Of a DNA stretch of 64,000 nucleotides, positions 53,100 to 64,000 are shown one piece after another. How positions within the stretch are numbered: position 1 is the first letter of the stretch; every line of letters begins with the position of its first letter. The DNA comes from Chiloscyllium plagiosum (taxonomy: Eukaryota): NCBI RefSeq assembly GCF_004010195.1, contig NC_057718.1, positions 83,496,503-83,560,502 of the forward strand, read 5' to 3'. Under the pieces are notes generated by a model, which was not told the DNA's origin, made no database searches, and saw only the letters and a program-made list of their open reading frames with translations. Both the position numbers and the translations under genes were made by a program.

Positions 53100-53500
53100 A
53101 TATGTTTTCAGGCAGGAAAAGATCCAAGAATAGGACTGAGGGAGCTGAAGAGGCTGCAGCCAATAATAGGTCAAATGGTGGTGTTGCACTGAAGACCAGA
53201 ATTAGAAGAGTAGCATATTTGGGCGATGATACAATAGTCTTCAGTGCTGGGAGCAAAGCCATGAAGAATGTTTAGAAGACAATCCAGAATGTGTTGAGAG
53301 AAAAGTAGTGTGGAATTGAGCTGACTGGTTTCTGCCAAACAAGATTTGGACAACCATGGATCCAGGAGGTATACACTCCTCAAAAAGGAGTGGAAGGTTG
53401 AAACTGAAGTAACATTTGAAAAAAATGTGAGTAACGGCAAGTTTTTGAGGAGTGGGGTAACTGTTGTGGTTTTGATCAGGAGAGGGATGTGGCCCAAGCT
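53100..53500 (-). mobile_element. L2-like LINE RT relic
   Basis: IPLLIKTTTVTPLLK, LDP, PVSSIP.. motifs in broken frames. Confidence 0.45.
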
Positions 53501-55004
53501 AATAGAAACAAGTCACAAATGGGTATCAAATAGCCAACAGAGAATCAAGGGAGAAGACAGGTCAAAGGTTGGAGAGAGCAGGGAAAGAAGAGATGAGTGA
53601 AAACCAACAAAAACAAAAAAAAGAGACCTTGACTTAGGACTAAGCAGATGATTGTGGAATAAAAATAAAATGCTAGAGAAACTCAGCAGGTTTAGCAGCA
53701 TCTGTGAAGAAACAAACAAAGTTAATATTTCAAATTCAACATGATATCTTCAAAACTGTGTATCAGGTTTGCCACTTCAATATTGCACAGGGAAGTCAAC
53801 ATTGTCTTTAACAGCAGTTCTTGAACAAACAAATGAATTTCACAAATACATACATTTAAAACATCTAAGTTTTCTCACTGTATAATCAATAGCATATCAT
53901 AGAATCGTACAGAAGAGGCCCTTTGGCCCATCAAATTTGCACCAAAAATCAGAAAACTAACTATAATTGGAAAAGAAACATAACCCTTTCTCTCAGTAAT
54001 TTGTCAATTCAAGCAAGTCCAGTCGCAATTCATGTTAATTCTTTATTACACTTAAGTATTGTTGTAACCAACAATAATCACAATAATATGTTAATTAACT
54101 TATACAGATAATGTATTAGAGATTCATTCGTGAAACTAAAAGCCAAGTATCACCAGAATTAAAATGAATTAGGTTTCTCCACTTGCACTGATAAAAATAT
54201 ATAAGGACTTTGAGGAAGCTATTTTTAAAATCAGATATCACAGACCACAATGGTATTATGTTCAATTTATCGAAGACAAAAAGATGTTCCCAAGCATTGC
54301 TCAAAAAATGAGGCAGCCATGAGGAAGTCATGCTTACTACCAGTTAACGAATGCAGAAGCAGATCTATCCAGATGAAAAATGTGTTTTTAATTGGTTCCT
54401 AAATTTTTTTTAAAGCTCTACACACAAATTCCACAGTTACATGAATAAATCTCTACATGTGAAATTTCTGTACAAAAAATGTCACGAAGAAACATAGTGT
54501 GATTTTTAATTTGCAGTTTTCTTTACCAAATTTATCTACAATAACATTGGCGGTATTTAAGAGAACATTTTATAAGACATTTTAAATACAGGATATTTAT
54601 TTAGAATTCCTCTCCAATGGAATTATCAAGCTCAATTTAGACACAAAGATCTGTCATATAAAATGACAAGGAATGCCATTATGCAGTAACTGGTTTCAAA
54701 TGGAATAACAAAGGTTTTTGAAATTATGCACAACATAAAAGGCTCAGAATGAGGAGGATGAGGCAGAGGGAACTGTACTAATTACAAGAAATTTCAGTCC
54801 AGTAATTGCTGTTTTAGTTGCAGACTCATTCAACTGCAGTGTGTTGGACAGTAGATGCATGTCCAAAATGTGAGGAGTATACTGGTTAAAATGTTACTCA
54901 GCCCTTAACGAATCTAGATATGGTTGATGCAATTTGAGAGGTTAGTCAGTTTCAGATTTGGGGTTAGTCAGTGACATTTTATAAATTCCTACTTTGGAAA
55001 TAAA

Positions 55005-55400
55005 ACCAGTCTAACTGCAGGTTGGGATACAAACTGACTCTAACCTCACACCTTCAATGCATTGAACACTTTTTAAAATATACTGATAGAACCTTAAGTT
55101 ATGTTGGAGCAGTGATTGAAAGAAACTCTGGGATTTACATATCAATGAATCAAATCCTGCATCCCTATTCTAAGTGGTTAAAGTTTTAACAGCCATCTAG
55201 GTTTGTCTCACACATCGTATCAGTTGTATGACATTTTGATCTTTTACTTATAAATTTAATGTCCGATGTATACTACCCCACCAGCTATCTGACAATGGAG
55301 CAGTGCTCCAAAAGCTTGAACGTTCAAATAAACCTGTTTGACTATAACCTGATGTCATGTGATTTTCAACTTCTTCAATTCAGTCCAGCTCTCACATCTG
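55005..55400 (+). mobile_element. PLE-derived repeat family D with degenerate hammerhead
   Basis: CTGACAA-tggagc-agt-gctcca-AAA-gc-TT..aaataaacctgtttgactataacc. Confidence 0.65.
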
Positions 55401-55409
55401 TGGCTATAT

Positions 55410-56600
55410 GCATGCATTGACCAGTGGAAATTTTTTCTGCAAGTTCAATCTCAACATTTTCGTCATCACTTGTTTCTTCATTTCTTACTTTTACCCTTCA
55501 ATACCACTTTAACAATCACTTCAGCAGGTGATTCACAGCTGGAGCATCTTTGTCAACATCCTTCCAGTCCTGCAAATCTTTTCAATTTTTTAACTACACT
55601 GTAGGGCTGGATATACTGTTGGTATGCTTCCATCAACTTGAGGATAAACATATATTTGTTTGAGACAGTCTGAATCCAGCAAAGTCAGTCTCTTGAGCTA
55701 CACCAGGACTATCCTCAAACATTAAAACAAGCTACAGAGTGCACCAGCTATTGTTCAGAGTGGACAGAGGTACATTTGACCAGGTACAAGGTACTATCCA
55801 AATCATATCCTGAAGGTTAAGTTCTTTCCAAAATATTACCACAGATCTCCCAGTATTAAATTCACAAAAGCGACTGGTGCATAAATTTGGACCTGTACTT
55901 AAGTTACTTAAGGGATCAGGAGATACCATGATCATAAAGCTAAATCAGAGGCATACAGTTAGAGGATGAATACATTCCTGCCACATTGCTCTTTAAAGAA
56001 CAGTTCAACTTTAGGACAGGCCAAAGAATCATCAAGAATCAAATTTTTCAAAGTCAGATGCAGCCCTACACTTATTTCATGGATTCTAGCCTCCACTACA
56101 AAATATTTCTCGAACCACTTGGAAATAACTGTGGTTATGCAATCTTTCTTGTCACAGTACATAAGCAGGAATATTTTTGCCCTTTTGAATACTTTTGGGT
56201 GACACATTTGCTAATGATGCTCAGGAGCTTGCAGTTCTGCATAACCGTAGCATTACAACAAGCTACAAAATAAAGTCATCCTGTCCTTTGGTCCCTCACT
56301 CCAGTAGGCAATGCGATGGCCTTTTGCTAAAATTTTGCAAGGCATACAAAGCCAACAAGAATCAGTTTCATTGGCACTGTATACCTGCTCTGGGAATACC
56401 TATTCAGTGCCAATTAACTTACAAATTCAACAAAATTGGCAGCTACTTAAGCATCAACACTTTTTTTCCAGCAGACGCACACCTAACATCATGCCCATTC
56501 TTAAACTTCTGCAGCCATCCTTGTAACTATTCACACATGCTGCAGGTTAAGTTCTTGGTAGAATATTTTTGCTTGGGTACTTATCATCTTACTAGAAATC
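55410..56600 (-). pseudogene. Tigger/pogo transposase relic
   Basis: Minus frames QAKIFYQELN..GWLQKFKNGH (HTH), PEQVYSANET (cf. YN.DET), KDRMTL..CCNA, HPKVFK, SKWFEKYFVVEA, ILDD..CP. Confidence 0.8.
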
Positions 56601-56821
56601 TTCATTCCAACAAAGCATAAATTAATGCAAATGTGCACTGTCCAAATCAATATTTCATTCTTTTAATGTCTTACAAACTATAATAACTAATCTAGTTAAA
56701 AAAACTCAAAGCAGCAAAAGAATAAGACCAAGTCATATACTGTGGACAACCCAGTAGTGTGAGCAAGCAAAGCCTACACTAACTTGTTTTTTCTTTCAAC
56801 AATTCAACCTTTTATTCTACG

Positions 56822-57235
56822 AACGTATGAAATAAGAGCAGAAATAAACCAGTCAGCCCTTCGAGGATGCTCTGCCACTCAATAAGATCATAAACTGATC
56901 TATTTGAGTTTCAAATTCCACATTTCATTTACCTTTAATAATCCAAATCCCACTGCTTAACAAAGAACTTATGCACCTCAATATCAATTTCAATGATTCC
57001 AAGCTACTACTTTTCGAAGCAACTTCCAAAGTCACACAACTGTCAGAAAAACAATTTCGTCTTCATCTTGAAAACATGACCTAAAGCTTTAGAACAGTAC
57101 ACCCTACTTTTCAGCTGATGACCAGAGTATACATTGTTTCCGACATCCAATTTGTCAAGGCCATTCAACATATCTTAAGCACTTCAAATCACGCCAATCC
57201 TTGCTCCAAACTCCAGTGGAAACAAGCCCAGTCTG
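56822..57235 (-). mobile_element. Old CR1 3' end
   Basis: gaacgtatgaaataagagcagaaataaaccagtcagccc..ctctgccactcaataagatcat, like 16352-16430. Confidence 0.6.
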
Positions 57236-57591
57236 TGTTTTTGGTAACATGGGTGTTTAAGAAGTTAAAAATACATATAAAACAAGTTGCCCTCACATAA
57301 ATAAAATATATTATTTTGACTATGTTCTATAATCTAGTTTGCATCACTTATAAAATATGTGTAAGTATAGAATGTCTAAAGTAAAAAAATCTCCTTTGCC
57401 TTGATGAAAATCGTCCATGAAGTATGTAATTCATTATGGGAGGGGGAGAAGAGAGTAGGATGAAAGGTGTACAACACAAATTCTCATTTATACAGCATCT
57501 TTAATCAGTATAAATGCCTATTGGTGATCAAAAGGAGAAAGACAGATATTAAGCAATAGGAGAGGCACCCAGAAAAATATTCTAAAAGAGA

Positions 57592-59236
57592 TCACTTGGA
57601 GTGAATAAAATTGGCTGAAGACTGGTATCTGTGATGCTGGGTACTATGGAGGAGGCTGAGGTGGATCAGCCACTTGGCACTCCTGGCTGAAGATAGCTGC
57701 AAATGCTTCAACCTTTTCTTTTGCACTGATGTGCTGGCCTCTTCCATCATCGAGGATGGGGCTATTTGTACAGCCTCCTCCTCCAATGAGTTGTTTAATT
57801 GTTCACCACCATTCATAACTGGATATGACAGGACTGCAGAGCTCAGATCTGATTGGTTGGTTGTGATCAATCAGCTCCATCACTTGTTGCTTATACTGTT
57901 TAGCATGCAAGTAGTTCTGTTTGGTAGCTTCACCAGGTCGACAACTAAATTTCAAGTACATCTGGTGCTACTCCTGGCATGCTCTTCTGCACTCTCCATT
58001 GAACCAAGATTGAACTCTTGACTTAATGGTAATGATTAAGCGGGGAATATGCTGGGCCACGAGGTTGCAGGTTGTGCTGAAGTACAATTCAGCTGCTGTT
58101 GATGGTCCACAACACATCATGGATGCCAAGTCAAGTTGCCAGATCTGTTCAAAGTCTGTACCATGTAGACAATGATAATACCACACAACACAATGGAGGA
58201 TATTTTCATTGTGAAGGCAGGACTTCGTCTCCATAAGGACTGTGCAGTGGTCACTCTTATCAACACTGTAACGGACATTTGTATCTGCAGCCAGCATAGC
58301 GGTAAGGAGAACATCAAGTCTGTTTTTCCCTCTTATTGGTTCTCTCATCGCCTGCTGCAGACCCAGGCTAGAAGCTACGTCCTTTAAAATCCAACCAGCT
58401 TGATCGGTAGTACTGCTGCTAAGCCACTATTGGTGGTGACAATTGAAATCCATCGCCCAGGGTTTGTGTCCTTGCCATCCTCAGTGCTTCCTCCAAGTAT
58501 ACATGGAGGAGTACTAATTCATTAGCCAAGGGAGGACAGTACACGGTAATCAACAGGATTACCTTGTCTGTGTTTAACCTGATGCTATGAGACTTCATTG
58601 TGTCCAGAGTCAATGTTGAGGACTCCCAGGGCGACTCCCTACCAACTGTATACCACTGTGCCTCCACCTCTGCCGTGTCTGTCCTGTCAGTGGGACAAGA
58701 CATATCCAGGAATGGTGATGGCAGTGTCTGGGATATTGTAAGGTACGATTCAATGAGTATGACTATATCAGGCAGTTGCTTGACTAGCTTGTGAGATAGC
58801 TCTCCCAATTAAAGCACGAGCCCCAAGACATTAGTAAGGAAAGTACTGTTTCTGCCGTGGTCTTTTCTGGCACCTCGGTCATTGCCAGGTGATCCATCCG
58901 GTTTTATTTTATTGAGACTTTGTAGCAACTGGTACAACAGAATGGTATGCTCAGCCATTTCAGAGGGCAATTCAGAGTCAAGCACATTGCTGAGAGTGTG
59001 GAGTCAAATGTAGGCCAGATCAAGTGAGGATGGCAGATTTCCTTCCCTGAAGGACACTAGTGAACCAGACAATTGTTTCATTATCATCTGCAGATAGTTA
59101 ATTCAAGATTTTTTTTTAAAATTGAATTAAAATTCCCCAATCTACCACTGCGGGATTTGAACCTGGGTCCCCAGAACATTAGCTGAGTTTCTGGATTAAT
59201 AGTCTAGTCATAATACCACTAGGCCATCACCTCCCC
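57592..59236 (-). mobile_element. 5' part of the 25830-type LINE with a tRNA-like head
   Basis: GELSHKLVKQLPDIVILIESYL, TVYCPP, RGKNRLDVLLT, KSDH, WFNGECRRACQE; head ggggaggtgaTGGCCTAGTGG…GGTTCAAATCC. Confidence 0.85.
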
Positions 59237-59428
59237 TAAATGTTTTTATTTCAGTTAAGTAAAATATAATAGATAATTCTAAACTCATTAGTCTGGTTTT
59301 GTACTAGGTTTGTCAGTGAGATTCATGTGAAAATCACACAAAGAGAGGAATTTTGTGGAAGTTACATTACAATAGTATGAAGTGGCTTCAACAACATGAA
59401 GCTGAAAGCCAGCGTTGCCTACAGAACT

Positions 59429-59557
59429 CTCATTTATCTCTATACCCTTCAGCCTCTCTGCCTGTATTCCTGATGAAGGGCTTTTGCCTGAAACGTCGAT
59501 TTTACTGCTCCTCGGATGCTGCCTGAACTGCTGTGCTTTTCCAGCACCACTCTAATC
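59429..59557 (+). mobile_element. Family A PLE repeat, 14-bp TSD
   Basis: TSD ttgcctacagaact at 59415-59428 and 59558-59571. Confidence 0.9.
59466..59500 (+). ncRNA. Minimal type I hammerhead ribozyme, intact core
   Basis: attc-CTGATGA-a-gggc-tttt-gcct-GAAA-cg-TC-gat. Confidence 0.8.
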
Positions 59558-59869
59558 TTGCCTACAGAACTAGGCACCTCTCCCAAATCAAAATAATGAG
59601 TACAGCAGGTTTCCACCATTTGTGACTTCATGAAAAAGCTCTTGAAATTAAACTCGTCTTTCTGTGCAAAGGCAAGTAACAAGAAAATTACACCATTTAA
59701 TTTATTAAGAATCTAACTGCAACACAATGATTGTAGTAAATGCTGGTGTGTTTTTAAAACAGTCATTTGCAGCAATTTAAACTGAGGGGGTACGTTCAAA
59801 AGTTAGGTTTTTTCTGTATTTTACTTCTCGTTACCAAATATGGAGTGCTACTTGGGAGCCAGACTTTTA

Positions 59870-60072
59870 ACGCACCTTTCGTCAACGCGAATTTGCTGTA
59901 CCACAATTGACAAATTAGGCTTGCTGTTTCGACAATGCAAAGTTTTAAAACATATGTTGTCTGTAACGCAATTACAGGGCCAACACTTTAAGCGTTGTTT
60001 CTGAAGCACAACTTTTCTATAACACCGGTTGCACAAGAACGTAACTATCACATTATGTAAGAACTGACTGTA
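59870..60072 (-). mobile_element. Tigger-type terminal segment or MITE relic
   Basis: Reverse complement resembles 62729-62946; ends gaactgactg-ta. Confidence 0.55.
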
Positions 60073-60804
60073 ATCTTGCTACTATGTTCAAATTCTACAG
60101 CTCTTGTAACTAGTCAAGGTTCATATCCCTGCATGAGAAGATAACTCTTATTCCATCAGCTCACACACACCACCCAGTCACATCTACTACATCAAATAAT
60201 AGTCTCCCAAAGCAGCAACCTCAACTGCTAACCCAGCTAGTTTGCAGGCTCAAATCACTAAACTTTCCTCTCGTTTTACTGTCTCTGCTAACTTTCCACG
60301 TGGCTTTCTAACTACAGAACTGTTATGTGCCTCCCGCCAGCATGCTGGCTCTCGTGATTACAGTCCTGCGCTCAGGCACCCAAGCTTCCCAAGTCTGTCA
60401 AAACAGTAGCCTATCTGAAACCCAACTTGGACACTGGCTCACTTCCTGCAAAGATTTGATAGGTTTATTCATCCCCTTAACCATCCAAATCTTCCCAAAC
60501 TCACTACACATGCCTTAATTTGTTAAATATTTGCTCACATGATAAGAGCATCACAAGCAAAAATCAAGCATTTACCCCCCCTCCAACTTTAATTGCCCTT
60601 AAAGGAGTGGTGAGCCACCTTTTTAAATTGTTGTGGTGTAGATTCATTCACGGTACATTCACAGAGGGAATTTCAGTGAAATGGTAATATATTTGTTAAT
60701 CAAGATGGTGTGTCTGGGACAGGAACTTTTTGATGGTGGCTTCCATCTGGTCTGCTGTCTTATTCCTTATAGGTGCACAGGGTGTGGATTTGGAAAGTCA
60801 GCCC

Positions 60805-62150
60805 CCTGTTCACGAAAGGGCCGAGGATGAAAACAGGAAACTTTAGGCCAGTTACCTTGACATCTATCGTGGGGAAGGAGTCAGACTCGATTAGAGATTA
60901 TAGTTATGTACTTAGGAAAACCCAAGGTACTGAAAAGATCTAAAGTCGAGCAGCACCTGAGGAGCAGGAGAATCGATGTTCCGGGCATAAGCCCTTCATT
61001 AGGAATGAAGCCGGAGGACTGAGATTTAAATGAGAGGGAGTGGGTCTGGGGGGAGGGTAACTGAGAAGGTAATAGGTCAGAGAGGAGGGTAGAGTGGATA
61101 AATGGGAAAGACGAGGGACAGGTCAAGAGGGTGATGCCAACTAGGACACTTGGGACTGGGATAAGGTGGGGGAGGGAAAATGAGGAAACTGGTGAAATTC
61201 ACATTAATTCCATGTGGTTGCAGAGTCCAAAGGCGGAATAGACAGCTTTCTTCCTCCAAGTATTGGGTGGTTAGGGTTTGGCAATGGCCAAGACCTGCAT
61301 GGACTTGGTGCGGGGTGGGGTGTGTGTGGTGGTTGAAATGTTCAGCCACAGAGCAGTGGGGTTGGTTGGTACAGGTATCTTCGTATGGTGACGGAACATC
61401 TGAAAACGAATCTTCCAACTCAGTGAGCAAACTTGCATCCAGAACCTCAACCTGAGCCACAAATCTTCTCCAAACATGCTAAAATTAAGGATGTTATGTT
61501 TCAGTTATACAATGCATTGGTGAAACCACATCACAAACAATGCATGAAGTTTTGGTCACCTTATTTAAAAAGGAAGAATGTAAATGCATTGGAGGTGGTT
61601 TACTAGAGTTTTACCTGGAATAAGTGGATTATTTTAAGGACAGATTGGCCAGGCTGGGCTTGTTTCGACTGGAGTTGAAAAGAGTGAGAAGTGACTTGGT
61701 TAATTAAGATTCTATACGGTCTTGACAAGGTGGAAATGAATAGGATGGTTTTTCTTGTATGACAGTTCAGAGGTTCAGATCACTGCTCTAAAGGCAGCGG
61801 GTCACTCTTTCAGGATGGAAATGTGAAAGTTTGGAACTCGCTGCCTCAAAAGATGGTGGAGACTACTGAATATCTTTTAAGATGTGGTGCCAGTGTTGGA
61901 CTGGGTGCACAAAGAAATCACACGACACCAGATTATAGTCCAACAGGTTTATTTGAAATCACAAGCTTTTGGACTTCGGGCTGAATATTTTGAACACACA
62001 GGTAGGTAAGTTCTTGGTAGGCAGAGGAAAATCAAGGGTTAGTTGGGGTAGATGGGAATGGGGAATATGAAACAAAGGTCAGCCACAATCTTACTAAATG
62101 GTGGAGCAGGCGCAAAGGGCTGCATTTCTGCTCCTATTTCACGTGTGCAT
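60805..62150 (+). mobile_element. Old CR1 fragments interrupted by PLE pieces
   Basis: GNFRPVTLTSIVGK at ~60840; LYNALVKPH at ~61505; CR1 tail at ~62100-62140. Confidence 0.65.
60942..61376 (-). mobile_element. Neptune-like PLE 3' part (family A) abutting a family C pLTR (61380-61480, +)
   Basis: TNQPHCSVAEHFN…LEEESCLFRLWTLQPHGINVNF; degenerate hammerhead at 60971-61005. Confidence 0.8.
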
Positions 62151-62255
62151 ATTTTCATTAGATATTATCAAAGAAAGCTTAGCGCATTTCTTCAAAATAT
62201 CTTGTGTACGGTGCATACTGCTGCCACTGTACACCAGTAACCGGTAGTCTGAATA

Positions 62256-62560
62256 GACGGCACAGTGGCTCAGCGGTTAGCCGTGCTGCCTCACAGCGCC
62301 AGGGACCCGGGTTCGATCCCAGCCTCGGGTGACTGTCTGTGTAGGAGTTTGCACATTCTCCCAGTGTCTGCGTGGGTTGCCTCCGGCTGCTCCGGTTTCC
62401 TCCACAGTCCAAAGACGTGCAGGTCAGGTGGATTGGCCAGGCTAAATTGCCCATTTAGTTAGGGGGAAATGGGCCTGGGTGGGTTACTCTTCGGAGGGTC
62501 GGTGTGGACTAGTTGGGCCGAAGGACCTGTTTCCACACTGTAGGTAATCTAATCTAAAAA
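62256..62560 (+). mobile_element. HE1-type V-SINE, young
   Basis: ggcacagtggctcagcggttagc..ggttcgatccc; CpGs retained; tail taatctaatcta. Confidence 0.93.
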
Positions 62561-62728
62561 TGGTAATCGGGTGCCAAACAAATGACTGCTTTTTGACAGT
62601 ATACAAGCAACTCTGCCATCTAGCATAAAGCAACTTACTTGACTGATGCTCTGACTACAGACCTCAACAGCCACACTTACCCCACCAGCACACAACAGCA
62701 GAATACATAATCAAAGAATACACAACAG

Positions 62729-62946
62729 TATAGGTAGTTCTTCTATAACATGATGGTTGCATTCTCGTGCAACCCTGCATTATAGAAAAATCACGCTTTA
62801 AAAAGTGCTTATAGTGTTGGTGAGAAAACATCCGAAAATCGTGTTACAGCAACAACTTTTAAAAGTTTGCACTTCAGAAACAGTGTCCCTAGTTCATCAA
62901 TTGTGTTACAACAAATGCAACAAGTATTACAGCAGAATGACCTATA
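62729..62946. mobile_element. Tigger-type MITE
   Basis: Imperfect TIRs tataggtagttcttctataa / ttacagcagaatgacctata with TA ends. Confidence 0.7.
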
Positions 62947-63189
62947 GTCCACTAACAGAATCACTGTGACACCTATCACTGACAAAGACAATAGCAGTTA
63001 GGATCATTAAAATCCGACTGCCTCAATGCACTACTCCAATTTGCACACCATCCTGACTTGGACAAGTTCTGCTGTTTCTTCAATGCAGCTGGGTACACAT
63101 ACTTGAAAATCTTTTGCCATCAACACCATGGAAACACCATTAGCATAAGGATTGAAGTATTTCAAGATACTTGAGCAGGCTCAATGAGT

Positions 63190-63271
63190 TTCCTGAAGAA
63201 GGGCTTATGCCCGAAATGTCGATTCTCCTGTTCCCTGGATGCTGCCTGACCTGCTGCGCTTTTCCAGCAAC
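63190..63271 (+). mobile_element. Family A PLE repeat with near-intact hammerhead
   Basis: ttc-CTGAAGA-a-gggc-ttat-gccc-GAAA-tg-TC-gatt. Confidence 0.85.
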
Positions 63272-64000
63272 TTCAAGATACACTTTTGACTTCTCAGAGA
63301 AAATAGGATTGAACTAAAAACATCAATCTACTAAAACTAGAGAACAAAATGTTTAAAAATGGAAGGTCAGGTAAGATAGAGGAGGACTGCAAATTTTGCT
63401 CCAAGTGTGCAAATGTTATTGTCAATGCAGTTACTCCACTAGCTGTTGTTCTTAAGATTTCAAGTGCTATATTGTATTTGACTGAAGTTAAATAAAAAAG
63501 CTGCCTCATTACTCTAAATAATTGTTTTATTTTTAAGAAAATTCAAGACTGTACTTTGGAAGATGCATGGACTGACTTATCAAGGACCAGATCAAAACTT
63601 TTTTCATTTTAAAATGGAGATACTAATATACAGACCTCATCAGGACAGAACTGGTTTTCACTTACGATTCTTTATGTCAGTACAATCTGTCGCCATTCAC
63701 CAATAGGCTCATACTTTATTGACCATTGGGATTTTATCTACAAAGTAATTTTGTCTCCTCCCTCAACTAGTACTCAAAGTATCTTCTTGCCAATGCTATT
63801 TCTCTCTTCCATTATACATCTTGTTCAATGAAAGGTAAGAATGCTTAACTTTATTTCCTTAAATTGAGATACCTGTCCTAGCATTCTTTTTTCCTTTTAG
63901 TCATACGCCAAAAGTGAATAAATTTTATTCTCCTGTATCATTCAGAAATCCACACCCTTCAAAAACAACATGACTGAGCAGGCTCAATGAGTCACTGTCG

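Noticed and set aside
53054..53275. Basic Arg/Lys-rich ORF
   Set aside because: Antisense of a pyrimidine-rich L2-like relic
59140..59236. tRNA gene
   Set aside because: A/B boxes are present but no complete cloverleaf is evident and it continues into retroelement sequence; the same applies to the HE1 heads
1..64000. ORF-track entries as host genes
   Set aside because: Short and often with non-ATG starts; those with recognisable motifs are broken transposon frames or their antisense

Overview
Eukaryotic, AT-rich, repeat-dominated DNA with no host gene that I can identify, most likely intronic or intergenic. Several HE1-type V-SINEs, HER1/CR1 LINEs and a Deu-domain SINE point to a cartilaginous fish (shark) genome; this is an inference from the repeat content. 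The ORFs with recognisable motifs are broken transposon frames; the rest are short and unsupported. Main features: (i) a near full-length but dead L1 (36733-43351) with an 11-bp TSD and a CR1 in its inter-ORF spacer; (ii) a near full-length CR1 with an SGNH-esterase ORF1 (about 29922-33827) plus many CR1 fragments; (iii) several solo LTRs with TG..CA ends, three with 4-, 5- or 6-bp TSDs, including a young near-identical inverted pair; (iv) a Tigger/pogo transposase relic and TA-flanked MITEs; (v) an APE-RT LINE whose 5' end carries a tRNA-like head. The most interesting signal is a dense set of Penelope-like (PLE) elements and short derivatives in at least four sequence families. Each family carries a minimal type I hammerhead ribozyme (CUGANGA-stem II-GAAA-NN-UH), several with intact cores. 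Many copies are head-to-head palindromes, and three are flanked by TSDs of exactly 14 bp. Hammerheads in PLEs are known in general, so novelty here is unverified. Repeat boundaries are approximate unless a TSD or terminal dinucleotide is quoted.
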